From assembly GCF_009914755.1 (NCBI RefSeq), contig NC_060945.1: 64,000 bases of DNA; one strand, given 5' to 3'. Made by a program: the position numbers and the translations under genes. Below are positions 46,141-61,362 of the stretch, piece by piece (position 1 is the first letter of the stretch; every line of letters begins with the position of its first letter). The notes below the pieces were generated by a model that was not told the DNA's origin, ran no database searches, and saw nothing but the letters and a program-made list of their open reading frames with translations. The stretch is from the human T2T-CHM13v2.0 reference genome, Homo sapiens.

Positions 46141-46714
46141 GGATTTAAAAATTCTCTCTCTCTCTCTCATTGCTAGCCCTTCTGCACCATTCCTATTGTC
46201 TTAGTGTTGGCTCTGTACCCTCTCGTTTCCCAGTCTATAATCTCTGCTAATGGGGATATCAAAAACCTAGTCACTAAATCAAAGAGCAGTCTGTCCCAGG
46301 ATGTGACTGTGAGATTATGGCTGCTTGCTTTGGCCTCCCCAAGAAAGCAGCTCTATGCAAGCCGTGGCTCCAGGAAAAGGGAGGTGTTAGTCAGTTGTTC
46401 GGCTTCCTCTTGTCTTACCTTCAGGTTTTAATCAGTAAGCTTGGCACTGATTATTACTCCCTGTGGGACACATGTGGCATCCAGTTACTTTGCAGATACA
46501 AGGATTGGCTTGCTTCTCATTCTAGACACCATCTGGTGCAGTGTACCTCACTTTGTGTTTATAGTTTATTTCTGGTATGTTTATCTTGTTTTTGACTATT
46601 ACTTTTCTTTTATATCACCTCTTTTAAAACTTATCTATTATTGTTACATGTTGGAAGCAAAGGCACGGGGCTCAAACCATATTATTGCAATGCCATCTTG
46701 ACAAGAGTTTTCAA

Positions 46715-46930
46715 AGCCATGGGCTTTGGAATCAGAAAACTTGGTTTCAAATTCTGACTCACTTATGATCTATGTGTTACCATAAGCAAAGTCTTTAATC
46801 TATTATAAACCTCCTTTTCCCTTGCAAATATTGATAGTAATGCCTACTTCGTATGACTGTTGTAAGCATTGAATGTGAAAAGATGTGGAAAGTAGTTAGG
46901 CCTGTGCTTAAACATTCTGTGCGTGCAAAT
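46715..46930 (+). mobile_element. MIR
   Basis: 'gggctttggaatcagaaaacttggtttcaaattctgactcacttat'. Confidence 0.75.
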
Positions 46931-47623
46931 TCTGGAGGTGGAGAAAAAGCAATTAAAACCAAAACAAAACTAGATGTTACTGATTATGTAATTAACAAAT
47001 GGTAATTGGAGTATCAAATAGACTTGCTTCTTGTATTCTGAGTGAAAGTAACACTATCATTTTTGATATCTAAAGCACATTTCTAAAGATGACTGCTGAC
47101 TGCATGAGTTTCCACAGGTGGATCAAAGCTCTGTTACACTATCCACCTACACCATTCACCTAATTCAGAGAATCTTAATAAAATGAAAAGCATTCTTCAG
47201 AATGACCCTTTAGGTATGGTTCTCTAAATCCATGTCACTTAAGACAGATGGAAAAGAAGAGAGAAGTGGCATGAGAACATGCTTGTGGCTTGATGAATAG
47301 TAATATATATACCACCCAGGTTGGGTTTCTGTAATAGTGAAAATGGGGAGGAGGGTGGTGATCTTTTGTAAGTGTTTCAGACAGTCTTGTTTTGTTGCTT
47401 TGTAGCTACTTTGTAATATTGTCTCTTTTAAAAACATATATTTTGATGACCTAGCATTCAAATTTATAGCATCAGCAAAGGGTAGGTTTAGTTGAGTGGG
47501 AAATGAAATTCTGAAAACAAAAAGTTTTAAAAATAAGAAAGATGGGGATGAAGATAAAGAAGCAGTAGTAGCAACTTGGAATTTGTCTTAGAATTTGAAA
47601 ATAGAAACAGGTTTCTAAGAATC

Positions 47624-48732
47624 AGTCTTAGTCCATTTTCTGTTGCTATAACATGATACCACAGGCTGGGATAAATTATAAACCATAGATATTTATATGG
47701 CTCATGGTTCTGGAGGCTGGGAATTCCAAGAGAATGGCATTGGTGGAAGCAAGAATGTGAGACAGATGACAGCAGAGAGCCCGAGGGGTAGAGTCCCTTT
47801 TTTAAAAAACTGTTTTCTATTTTAAGTTCTGGGATACATATGCAGGAAGTGTAGGTTTTTTAACATAGGTAAACATGTAACATGGTGGTTTGCTGCACCT
47901 GTCGACCCATAACCTAGGTATTAAGCCTAACATTCATTAGCTATTTTGCCTAATGCTCTCTCTCCCCACACCCCATCCCCCAGCAGGCCCTGGTGTGTGT
48001 TGTTCCCTTCCCTGTGTCCATGTATTCTCATTGTTCAGCTCCCATTTGTAAGTGAGAACATGTGGTGTTTGGTTCTCTGTTCCTGCCTTAGTTTGCTGAG
48101 GATAATGGCTTCCAGTCTCTGCAAAGGACATGATCTCATTCCTTTTTATGGCTGCATAGTATTCCATGGTGTATATGTACCACATTTTCTTTATCCAGTC
48201 TATCATTGATGGGCATTTGGGTTGATTCCATGTCTTTGCTATTGTGAATAGTGCTGCAGTGTACATATGCATGCATGTGTCTTTGCAATAGAATGATTTA
48301 TATTCCTTTGGGTATATACCCAGTACTGGGATTGCTGGGTCAGGTGGTATTTCTGGTTCTAGATCTTTGAGGATTCACCACACTGTCTTCCACAGAGCTT
48401 GAACTAATTTACATTCCAACCAACAAAGAATATTTAAAGAATAAGCAGAAGATGCTCCTACAAATGGAAATGAAAGGAAGAAGCTAACCTGGTGGAAGGA
48501 AAGCCAGTGGTTTGGCCATACTGCCCGAAGTATGGCCTTACTGCCCAAGGATTCCCTTTTACAACAACCCGTTCTTACAATAACTAACCCAGCCCAGCAA
48601 TAACAATCCATTTATGGAGGACTCCACCCTCATGACCCAATCACTTCTTACTAAGCCCCACCTCTTAATACTGTTTCAATGGCAATTTAGTTTCCAATGT
48701 ATAAACTTTGGGGGACATATTTAAACCATAAC
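47624..48732 (-). mobile_element. MST-family (MSTC/D-like) MaLR solo LTR, interrupted by an L1
   Basis: 'gtcttagtccattttctgttgctataac…ggctcatggttctggaggctgggaa' and 'ccctcatgacccaatcac…tttgggggacatatttaaaccataaca'. Confidence 0.85.
47802..48549 (-). mobile_element. L1PA (about PA10-13) 3' end with a complex 5' junction
   Basis: Antisense 3'UTR and ORF2 C-terminus (47802-48425; 'ALFTIAKTWNQPKCPS'). TSD ga(g/t)tccctttt at 47791-47801 and 48550-48560. Confidence 0.9.
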
Positions 48733-49289
48733 AGAAGCTATTGTCAATATGTCCTCAGGTAGGACATTTATGAAATAAGCATTTTATTTTTCTTTCTTAC
48801 CACTGGGTTTCCTTCCACCAGATTAGCTTATTTCTTTCATTTCCATTTGAAGGCACATCTTCTGCTCATTCTTTAAATATTCATGAACTTCACTGCTTTT
48901 TCCTGGGTTGCCCTCTCTTACTTTTCTTTCTCCTTTGTTCATCTCATCCATCTCCGTAACTTCAGATACCATTATAAGCCCATCTCTAGCCTGTTTCTTG
49001 CTCTCAAACTTTAAGCCAGTATATTCAGTTAGCCACAGGCACTTCATCCTCAAGACGTCTGAATTCAAATAATCATCTTTTTGCCAGAATCTTTTACCAT
49101 GTCAATCCATCATCCACCTGGTTGCACAAAACAGAAACAAGATACGAACTTTGTCTTCTCTCTTTCTGTCTCTACAACATTTAAGGCTTTTGAAATATTG
49201 ATTTCTAACCATTTCTATTTTTAATCATTTTTTTAAATCACAGCTACACATTTCTTACTATATGATTAATGGTGGACCACTTCAGAGTT

Positions 49290-49530
49290 GTATCACTTGA
49301 GGACAAGGAAGCTGGGGTGTGTATCTGAAACTCCTTTCTGTCATTGGTTGAAGGTTACTCCTGTGACCATGAATTCTAGAATCCCAGCCCATCTCAAGGC
49401 AACCCTAGCATGTTCTTGGCTAGAGAACACCCTCAGGCAGAGAGTGGCAGGTGCTTGCAGTAAAACATCCTCAATGTGTAAGGAAAATATAAGTGCCAAG
49501 GTTATATGAGAACACCGAAAACATCTGCAT
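49290..49530. mobile_element. LTR33-like ERVL LTR fragment
   Basis: 'ggaagctggggtgtgtatc…gtcattggttgaagg…ccctcaggcagagag'. Confidence 0.5.
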
Positions 49531-49781
49531 TGCACATTTCAGAGGCATTTAAGTTGTTTCTATGTGTTTGCTATTTCAAACAGCATTGCAAAGAACACAA
49601 TTATATATGCACCCTTGTGAACATGTATCAAATTTTTCTTAGGATAATACCCAAAGTGGAATTTATATGTTGTGAGATATATGTGGTCTCAATTTTACCA
49701 CTTTTCCAATCACTCTCTAAAATACTGAAATTTCTCTCCAAGGGTAGTGGACAAATTTCTATTTCCATCAGCAGTTGCTAG

Positions 49782-50167
<386 letters not shown>

Positions 50168-50984
50168 TGATATTTTAAGGCTTTTAAAATTTTCATATTT
50201 TTGATTCTAAATGAAAACAGAAAGATATCTAGTAAATCTCTGAAATGAAGTGAGCGATGGAGACCTTATATACAAAATGCAATACATTCATCATTTTTAT
50301 TATAAATGTATCTTTATTTATTCAAGTGTTCTCTTCAGTGAAGTGCTTCCTTATAACTTTGACAATCTTTATTAAATTGTTTATCTTTTTTTATTGACTT
50401 TTTGGCATTTGCTATATACATTCTGAGTGCTGATACTTTGTCTTATATGTTTCAAATAATGTCTCCAAGGCTATCCCTTGATTTTAAACTTTTGTTATGT
50501 TTTTCTTATAAAGAAGGTGTTAGAAATTTTAATTATTTTTAAGATAAACATATTCATGTTGAAATCACAAAAGTAGACAAATATATAGAGTGAAAAGTCT
50601 CCCCACCATCCTTGTTTCTCATCCACTCCGCTCCCACTGGCCCCTTGTGGGTTCTTTGACTATAAACCAAATAAAAGCATACAATTTACACCTCCTTCAA
50701 TTACATACAGTGTTTTAAACCCTGCTTTTGTCATGCAATGTACTGTGGAGATATTTCAAGATATGTAAGGAACTGTGCTTCATTCTATGAGGGATGAAAA
50801 TATGAACACAATACACAGCCTATCCACTGAAAGATTAGTCTGTCATACCATGTTGAGAGAGTCATAAAACACTGGGAATTCCAAGGGGAGATATTTCTTT
50901 CCAACTGAAAGAATATTCTTCAGAACAGTTGAGAATCATGCATCAAGGAGATACAGTTTACTTCAACACCAGAATTTTTTTTAA

Positions 50985-51299
<315 letters not shown>

Positions 51300-52299
51300 T
51301 CCAGCATCTTAAACATTAAGCTTTCTATAGCTGAGAAAAGTGTAGCAAATTTATAATTGAAGAAAATATATATTAAGAACCTAGTACATATCAAACACTG
51401 TGAGAGGTATGAGGGATGTAAAAGTGAACAAGGCAGATAGTCCTTGATTTTGTGGGAGGTAAAGGCTGAGAGTTGAACTGCAATGAAGATATGGTGGATA
51501 AAGTGTGTTAATAAAAAGGTATTGGGGGTGTAGCATGTGGACAGGGTGCATGGGTTTCAGATGGAGTCTTGTTGAAAGAGTAGAGAGATATGTAAGTGAG
51601 AGTAAGCAATGTTCCAGACAGAGGAAAGAGATATGAAATATTATAAAATTGAGAGTCTGGTGAGCTTGAGAAACTGCAAAAAGTTTAAATTGTATGGAGC
51701 ACCAAGTGCTGGGAGTGGCAAAGGGCTGAGAAGGAGGTTTGGAGATAAATACTGGCTCCCTCCTGAAAGGTCTAGTTTGGATTATCCTAAGGGCACTAGA
51801 GACAAATCTGAAGGGTTTAATAAGGTTGGCAAATGGTTGTATATTTTCTTTATTTAGATAGGAAAATATCCTGGAACATGAGTGGTAGTTAAACCAAGAT
51901 AATATGTGCCATTTCTCAAGAATTTTTTTTAATGCTGTTACTGTAGTTACTTAGAGGATTCGAAGATAGGCTTCAGAGTTATTAAAAACTACCAGCGTTT
52001 ATATGCTGTATAAGCACTAGTATAAAGAAGAATATATGTACATATCCTTTATTAAATTCTCAAACATTTCATTGATTGAAACATTGAAAAATCACTAGAT
52101 TAAATTAAGAACAGTGGTTGACCAGAAAAGTACCCTTAAGAACCTTTAAGAAAAGAACCTTTAAGAAAATATTTAAGTTCAGAGAAATAACAGAGAGAAT
52201 CATGGAAGCCAAGTGCATGAAAGAAGAAAAAGATTCCAAAATTAAGTCCTTTACATAAAACAGTTAAATTCCCTCATGGTACAAGCCAGCCTTTCTGTG

Positions 52300-52600
52300 C
52301 TAATGGGGCCGTTCTGCTCCTCAAGGTAATTCAGGAGCCCAGGTTTCTTTCACCTTGTTGCTCTCTCATCCCATAATATGTTGCCTTTTAGGTTGCAGAC
52401 ATCACTGAGTTCACATATGAAGAGAAAAAGAGCCAAGTTTCGGAGACCACAGCCTGTCTTTAACTTGAAGACAGCCTAGAAATTAAACACAGTATTTCTA
52501 TTCTACTCATCTAATTGTAGTTACACAGTCACAACTGCATATGAGAAAAGTTGGGAAATGTGGTTTCTAGCTGGAAAGTCATGTCTTTAAGAAGAGGGAC
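52300..52600. mobile_element. MLT1I/J-like LTR fragment
   Basis: 'taattcaggagcccaggtttctttcaccttgttgctct…gttgggaaatgtggtttctagctg'. Confidence 0.5.
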
Positions 52601-53499
52601 AATGAATTTTAGGTGAATAACAAGCAGTTGTCACACCAACCTTTTAAGTTTCAAAAACTATTGAGTGATTAAATAAGTTTACATACTCATTAAACAAGTA
52701 TTTATCAAGTGATTGCTGTATTTGGTTGATTATTCTATGTGATAGCAATATAGACTTTTTTTTTTAAGAAAATCATTACCAAGTGGTACATATTTTAGAA
52801 AGGAGAGATAGGTGTTAACCAAATTACCAAATAAATATGTGGATAAATTAAGAAGTAATAAGTATTAAGAAAAAAATAAATTTAAAGAATAGAGGGGCTG
52901 TTTTCAGATAGAATAGTTAGAGAAGGGCTTTAGGTTAAAAATTGCAAAACGTTCTTTAAAGGATACAAAATTGAGATCTCCCTCCTTGGTCGAGATTTTG
53001 CAGTTGAGTTGCAAGCTTAGAATAGTAGTTGAAATAGGGCAGGGAGCGTAGCTCATTGGAAGGAGATTCAGAGTTAAAGTCCAAGGAGTGTTATCTTTTT
53101 AATGAGTTTGGGGGCCGTGATTACAGCTTAATGAACAAATGCATGCAGAAATGAGATTGTTGAGATACTTGTGCTGACAGGAAGGAGGGAATGATGGGTA
53201 AATAAGAAGTTAGCAAAGCTACTGAGAGTGAGGGTTGTGTGGACTGATTCCAGTTCTTGATGTAGTCACATAAAGGCACGGAGTTGTTATGGAAACCCTC
53301 CAGGAAGTTGAGAAGTCCGAGTCTAGTAGGGGAGGTGTGTCATGAGACTGAACCTGTGCTAGGGCTTCTCTAGCTGTGTGCACTGGAAGGGTACCTATAC
53401 TAGGTAAAGAGGAGGTGGCAATGAGAGAGGTTTAAGTGAGGAATGTAATGTCTATTCTACATAGCAAAAGAAATAGTCTTTCAGAAGAGAACTGACTGG

Positions 53500-53823
53500 G
53501 AGGCGGGCATGTGGCTCATGACTGTAATCCCAGCATTTTGAGAAGCCGAGGTGGGTGGATCACTTGAGCTCAAGAGTTTGAGACCAGCCTGGCAAACATG
53601 GTGAAACCCCATCTCTACTAAAAATACAAAAATTAGCTGGGCCTGGTGGCGCATGCCTGTAATCCCAGCTACTGGGGAGGTTGAGGCAGGAGAATCACTT
53701 GAACCCCGAAGCCGGAGGTTGCAGTGAGTGGAGGTGGTGCTGTTGCAGTGAGCTGAGAATGTGCCACTGTACTCCAGCCTGGGCAACAGAGAAAGACTCT
53801 GTCTCAGAAAAAAAAAAAAAAAA
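53500..53823 (+). mobile_element. Alu (old S/J) with internal duplication
   Basis: TSD cagaagagaactgactgg at 53482-53499 and 53829-53846. Confidence 0.95.
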
Positions 53824-55538
53824 TGTGGCAGAAGAGAACTGACTGGAACCACATGCTCCAGTTCTAGATGATGCCTGAATTTGTAAAGAGACTAAAAATG
53901 TGTTCCAGATTATATTTTTCGTGACAGGTTTTTTTCTTTTTAATTTAATATTTAAAATTCTAAACTTTTAATTTAGTTGACTCTCTTGATTTTGTTGTGT
54001 GGGGATTGTTGTGTAGAGCTGTAAATTCATGGTCACAGTTATAAAGTTAGGTAGATAAGTCATAAAAAATATTAAGAAATTAAAACCCTCAGTGAATCTC
54101 TATTATATTCTGCATTTTTTTTTGTTAACATCAGCCGGTTCCTAGTGGATTTATTGATTTTATTTCATGTAATAACTAGGGAAACATGTATTCCTGAAAA
54201 AAATTAAATAATGTTTAAAAGCTATTTATTGATATAGTTCATTTAGCATCATATGCATGATCTTTTATAGTCCATTCCTCCGTAGATACTACATCATAGA
54301 GCAACCAGCCTTCTTGGCTAGTATATTTTTCTTGATAACTTGGTTTCAATTTTTTTTTCGTCCTTTATGTGTGGATATTTGCATATTCCTATTTCTACTT
54401 CCATCTTTGTATTAGAAATGACTTCAGATATAAAGAAACTATGGCCAGAGCTATAAGGATTTTTGCCTTTTGAAGGTAATACCTTGATATCGTGACATTT
54501 TCTATGATTTTAAGCTTTTTAGTTTTTATCATTTTATATAAAGTATTAATCATTTCTGTTTATTTGCTGGTTCTTGGATTACTCCAAAAATATCTAATAT
54601 AGACCTTTTGAGGCATTGCTATTGTTGTTTACTTGTTTCTAAGCAAGCCCATTTTCTCTAGTATTTATTTTTTATTAGTTATTTGTTAAATAACTAATAA
54701 AACTGTTATTTATTATTTATTAGTTTGTCTTTCCTCCAAGGACATGAACATGTCTTTAATATTTTCTCCTGTTCTTTTTTCAGTTGCATTAACTTGTCTT
54801 ATTTGACTTCTCTTACCTTTCTTTCTGCAAAGTGTAGCTGATTTCTGCATTCACGTCTCATAATTTGTTACTTTGGAGTGAAAGTCCTGTTTGCCTTCAG
54901 CTCTTAGCAAAATCTGTCTTTCATTACCCTATTTGTATTGCCACTTCTTGGTGCTTTAAAATTCTTCTACACTGTTCCCCATTGCTGACACAGTTCCTCT
55001 CCTCAGCAGAAATTTTACTCCACTCTCTGTAAAATATCTGTCTCAACAAAGAAGAGGTAAACGTTTTAAATCTTGAAGCTCAATATGGTATTCTTTGACA
55101 TCAGTCTCTTCTATGTTAAGTTTTGATATCTTATAGCAACATTTAAATGACTTTCTTATTGTTCTCATCTTCTCAATCAATATTTTCTTGTCAGTCAGAT
55201 TTAAATTAGCAAGATTAGATTTCATATATTCTTGAAGGCAGGATATCACAAAACAATTTAGCAAGCTGTTTGCAATCAATATTATTTATATATTCACACA
55301 CTAGAGATTACATAGGGACAAATATAACAGGAATATGGCCCAAATCATCTAGATTTAGAGCCCTTTAATCAACATTTAGAATTATTTACTTCTGTGGGTA
55401 GAAGAAATTATCGATATTTACTAAATGTTATTAACTTTTTAATCACTGTTATGCCTTTAGCAAATAAATTTATTTATGTATTGGGTGATTAGAAATGACT
55501 AGCTACAAACAGATATGTAGAAAAGGGACATTGATACT

Positions 55539-55540
<2 letters not shown>

Positions 55541-55571
<31 letters not shown>

Positions 55572-55572
55572 T
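55541..55572 (+). repeat. (CA)n microsatellite
   Basis: About 15 units with one interruption. Confidence 0.9.
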
Positions 55573-56963
55573 GCAAAGACTAATAGTGACAGATACATGT
55601 ACATAGAGAGATATACACATATCATACTTTATGGAATGCTATATTCCATATTTCATCTGCATAAGTCACTGATATACTTTAAGTTAAATCATGACAAAAT
55701 GAATTGTATGGTTTGAAAGTTCCAGAATGCACCATTAAAAAGGAGGAATCAGAGTGTGTATTCATTGGAATTCTTATTTTAAAGATTAATTATTAATGAA
55801 TCAAGTAATTTCAAAGTAATATTAATCCTTTTCAGGAAAATTTGAGTGGGCTGACTTTCTTTAATATCTTTGAAGCCAGGGAATTCAGTTTTTTAACATA
55901 GGGAAAATTTTGTATTCATCATCAATTTTGGAGCTTCCAATCTTTCCCTGGTACTTGCTAGTTATAGGGGCTCACAGATAACTAAGATGGTTGTATCTTT
56001 TTAGTCCATTTCATTTTGAAGAATGTGTGACTATTGCTTTTCATGACACTGTGTCTCATTTATTTTTAATTTTTTCAAATAATGACAATCTAGATGAACT
56101 TTTTGGGATTAGTGGGTGTTTAAATTTGTTTTAAGAGGGGCAATGCTACATGTTGCCTATCAGCAATCCAGAATTTTTTACATGTCTAATCACTTTACAG
56201 CCACTATGGAAGGTGCTTTGGGATCTAGAGCCAACTATCTGAGCTATAATTCCTATTCACACATTGCTGAGTTGCAGTAGGGAGGGTTAACTAAGAGAGC
56301 TTCCTTAATGCTTTATAGAAAAAAGCAGAATATAAATAGGTTTATTCAGAGGATAAAAGATTACCAAATGAATGTTAGAGATGTAGGAAGCAAGGCAAGA
56401 ACATTCTGGATTGACTGATAATAAACAATGTATGTGAGAGCAAATAATGTAAGAGCAAAACATTTGTTTGACTTTGAGTGATGGCAAAGATTGGAATATA
56501 TGGCTAGGAGTTTAAAAGTTTAGTCAAATGGATTTAGTGGTCAGTGAGAAGGTCTGAAGAACCAATTCCATACAGAGGTAGCAAATCCCAGAAGAGTAAC
56601 AGTGTCCAAATGGAGAAATTGTTAAATCTAAGCAGCAGCAAAAGGCTGGGTTCAGCATTGGAGGAAAGACGAGATGGCCATGCCAGCCAAGGTAAAGTCG
56701 TTCCAGCCAAGTTATCCCAGACTAAAACCAGGAGAAAACAGAAGTAAGATTTAGTTCTAAGGGACAGGATTGTAGGGAACAGTTATGACCCCTGTTATAT
56801 ATAAAGTACGGACTGGGGACCTTCTAGTTCACAGACATTTTTGCCAAATTGGTAAAAGTTCTCTTATAAAATCTTTAACTCTAGGAAAATATAATTCTCA
56901 AACACATGAGGGTAAATTCTTCTGTTCTATAAGATGATGGACATAGAAATTATGGGAAGCCAA

Positions 56964-57395
<432 letters not shown>

Positions 57396-58779
57396 CTAAA
57401 AACTTCAGCTGACAGTTTCAGTCTCACCCAGTTCAAGGGCAAAGGCTACTGGGCCAGTGGCTCATCGACTTATTGTTTCCAGGGGAGACGTAAGACAGTC
57501 TGGAGGATGAGGAGTTAGTCTGGAAAAGTGAAGAGGGCCTGCTATAGATACAGAAACTGATGGGTAGCATCCATAGTTGGAGCACAGGTGCAGAGGGTGT
57601 GTTCCTCTGACACAGGGCAACTTGTGGTGGAGTTTGACTTAGAAGTGAGATTGTTTGGGGGATGAAAAGGGAAAGATAGATATGAAAAGAAAATTTCCAA
57701 ATAGCAAATATATTGGTCTTCTGCTGAAAATGGCTAGAACGGACATATAAACTCTGAGAAACAGGAAATTCAGGAAAGGAGCTAATGGTAGAGAGACTAG
57801 AGGAGCTTAGTTTGGGAAATAATAAGTTTGTGAGGGGTGATAAGAAAGCCGAGAGGCAAGTCCTTTTGGCAGTTGCAAGCAATGAAGGAGAGAAGTCAAA
57901 CCTGGAGATGCGTATTTTAAGAGCCTATCTCAAATGTGCAGATCATACTGGTTTTCATATATGATTTTAAAAAAAGTTAAGAAAACATACGTTCTTTAAA
58001 ATGCAATAAGGTTGTATAATATTCTCTCTGGACCAGTAATTCACACAGCCATCACAACACAAGTAAAACATGCTAATATCTTCTGGTAAACTACCTTTCA
58101 CAATTCAATTAGATAGGTATTGTACCAGCTCCATTTCTTAATGTGTTCGTTTATCTCAAATGCAACAGTGTGGTAGGATTGTATGTGCCTGGAGACCCTG
58201 AGCATAGAAACAGGGGAGAAGAGAAATGCATTAATAAGTACAAGGCTTAAACTAAATATAAAGAATTTCAATATCACGAACATATAATAGCTTTAATCAT
58301 GCTTGTTCTCAAACATTATTTATGGCAGCGGTTTATGTGATTTTACTTAATTAAAAATTAGGTAAACTGATTTTTAAAAATGTATATATAAAGAAAGCAA
58401 GCTATTATTTCTTTGAAAACTGAGCTTTTGCTTTGGCAAGTCTTGATAAAAGTAAGTCTCTAAGAAGTATTTCCATTGCATAAAGTATGGACAATACAAA
58501 TGTAAAAGACTACACAAATTATAAAAATTCAGATGTCTGTACTGAAATTTTTTTCTCTAGTGACTAAATTCTCCATTCATTTAAAAATATATTAAATTCA
58601 AAATTATTGATGGGGCAGTTTATACACAAAAAGCAATAGCAATAAAATTATGCTTGATGGGCACACAGGTAAAGAAAACTTTAACTATATAAATATACAC
58701 ATATATACATATGTCTACATTAATAACATTATTTATTATAGTCTCCATTGTAATAATTGGCTGACCAATCAGCAGACTT

Positions 58780-59100
58780 GCTGTGTTATAAGGATATATC
58801 AGCTGATGTAATAGATAAAACCCCAGCTTCTTAGAGGTTCAGAGCTTGTTCAGATTACAATCCACGCAGTATGCCTTGGACAGTTTTTTACTCCCTGATT
58901 CAAAGACTGAAGTTCTTTCCATCTTGTAGCTCCACCAATAGCAACTTCCACAGTTGCTATTGAAGTATTAGTTCACACATGGGGAAATTTTATGGTCTGG
59001 ACCTGGAGCAGACCCATATATACTCCACTCTTCAGTGCCCAGCCACATGGCCATACCTTGCTCAGGTGAATCTGGGCAATGTCATCTCTCTGTGTCCCTC
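58780..59100. mobile_element. MLT1I/J-like LTR fragment
   Basis: 'ttctttccatcttgtagctccacc…ccacatggccatacc…ctgggcaatgtcatct'. Confidence 0.5.
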
Positions 59101-61289
59101 ATGAGAGCCAGATAACACACGTAGGATAACTTTGGTTGTATGTACAAACTCTGAGCCAGGCACTGTGGAGAGCACTTCTACAACCAGTATACATTTTCTA
59201 CCCTCTAGATTCTTAGTAGTTACGGAACAGAACTTTCCGTAAGTCAGTGTTAATGCAAGGCTGGATTTATTAGCTTATACAGTAGAGGGATAAAGACTTT
59301 CTCATAAGGAGAAACTTTTTGCAAGGGGCAGTATTGGAACAGAGCTTGAAGCATAGGCAGGGACTCGTCATCAGCAGAGATAGAGGCTACAGCATGAAAA
59401 GTGACATGACAACAGGAAACTATAAAATGGCCAGAGATGAGATTCTATGATAGGGGCAGAGATAAAGATATCTGAAAGATATTTGTGGACTATCACATGA
59501 CAGGCCTTAAGCACCCTATTTATAGTTCAGGAGTCACTTCAAAATCTGCAGCAAATGCTTGAGAAAGAAAGCAGTGTTCAGAACAAGTAGAATGGAAAGA
59601 AATTAGGAATGGGAGTAGTGCAGAGCAGCTTGAACTAATGCACTGGGAATGGAAACGAGAGAACAGGCAAAACATTTGAGAAAGTCGATTTGAAAAGGCA
59701 GATTGTTTGTGTTGGTGAGTAATCCAGAGATTTTGTATTTCACTGACAGAGTGTTCTCAATCGTTAATCCTTGGGAATTATTTGATGAGTTCCAAAGGGC
59801 ACTAACAGCTAACAGTCGATCTCATTAACTAAGGATCTGTTAAAACCTGCCAAGGCAAGAATTTTTTCTGGGTTTGACAATGACGTCTCTGAAAGCCTTG
59901 AACTTGAAGAGAAGCACAGTAAAAATATCTTCTGTTATAGCCACAAGTTACCACATTTTGCAAAACAAAACTGAATAATAAATTATATAGGATAGACCAT
60001 GCCCCCACCTTTTTAAAAACTCATTAAAAAGTCTTTTTTATCTTTGTTTTTCCTTAACCAAAATTATATGGCTCTAATCTTCATTCTACATTCTCTTCTA
60101 GAGTTATGGTCAGGGTATAGATATTTTTTGAAATGATACTGAAAGGTAACATTTCAGAGAGTTTGAAGGCATTATGAGTCTTGATTCTGCTAGACTTCAG
60201 TGAAGGAAAAGGTAATATTGGAGTTCTTCTTCAATGGCACCTGTAAGTCTCATCTGCATAATCAAGAATACTGTATTCACACCATAAAGGGCACTCTTGA
60301 AATAGGGTTTTGAGGGCCATTCTTTTCTCATTTTTATGATGCAGGGGAAGTATTTAAACGTTTGAGGAGTAAAATAGCCTCTTCTATTCCCATTAGACGT
60401 AGCTGCAATTTACCACAATGTAAAACATCAAATAGTGTTGATGTAGAATATGTGAAGTCTCATTTTCAGGTATTTGACTTAAGAATATTTTTCACTGGCA
60501 ACTGAGACTGTTAGTCCTCCAAGAAGATAGCCTAAGTCTTGCCAAGTTCAAAATGAAAGATCCTCCTCAACTCCGTCAGAGAAGGGGTAACAAAGTTTAG
60601 ATGACAGCCATAGAGTCATAATTAACATGTAACTTTTAGATTGATAATTTAAATTATTCCAACTTTCAGAAAAATTGTCTTACTACCCTCAAACATATTA
60701 TGTGCTATGTATAATTGTTAAGCTTAGAATGGCAATTGGAAATATAGTGTGGTAGCAGAATTCAAGTGGAAGTGCATTAATTGTAATAAAAAATTGTATC
60801 TAATCATGTGGTTTCCTGTTATAATGGGTAGTAGTATTTATGTGCTCTTTAAACACTTTGATCTAAGGTGTAGGTTTCCTTTCAATAATGGATACATTCC
60901 AAAAATATTTAAAAGGGAAGAAAAAGACATATTAAACGTGTTTGAAATTTACTTTTATTATTTCCTACTCGTTGATGGTATTGAGAGAGTGAAGAAAATT
61001 TTGATTAAGCAAGAGGAAAAAGGACTAAGTTACCAGAAAATATGGGTTTTAGCTTAGTTTCCCTCCTTACTGGCCATGAAACTTGTCTGAGTTTTTAGTT
61101 TTTATCCACATAACCATTCTATCCACTTCACAGAGTTATTTTGAGGGCCAAATTATTACATGTTTTACATACACAAACAGTGTATAAAATCATTTCCCTT
61201 CTGAGGTCACTCTAGTATTTTTATACCATCATGGCTTAACTCCACTGACATAAATCCCATGGCCTATTGTTGCGACTTTCTGATCACTC

Positions 61290-61362
61290 ATGAGTCTGTA
61301 GAGGAGTCTTGGTCCTCAGCCTACCGATGAGTCTGTAGAGGTGTCTTGGTCCTCAGCCTACC
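61290..61362 (+). repeat. Two-copy tandem duplication, period 37
   Basis: 61290-61325 versus 61327-61362, one mismatch. Confidence 0.95.

Noticed and set aside
47937-48272. 111-aa ORF
   Set aside because: L1 ORF2 C-terminus frameshifted into the 3'UTR; part of a dead fragment.
61290-61362. 36-bp repeat as a CRISPR-like array
   Set aside because: Only two adjacent copies, no spacers, no cas genes, primate DNA.
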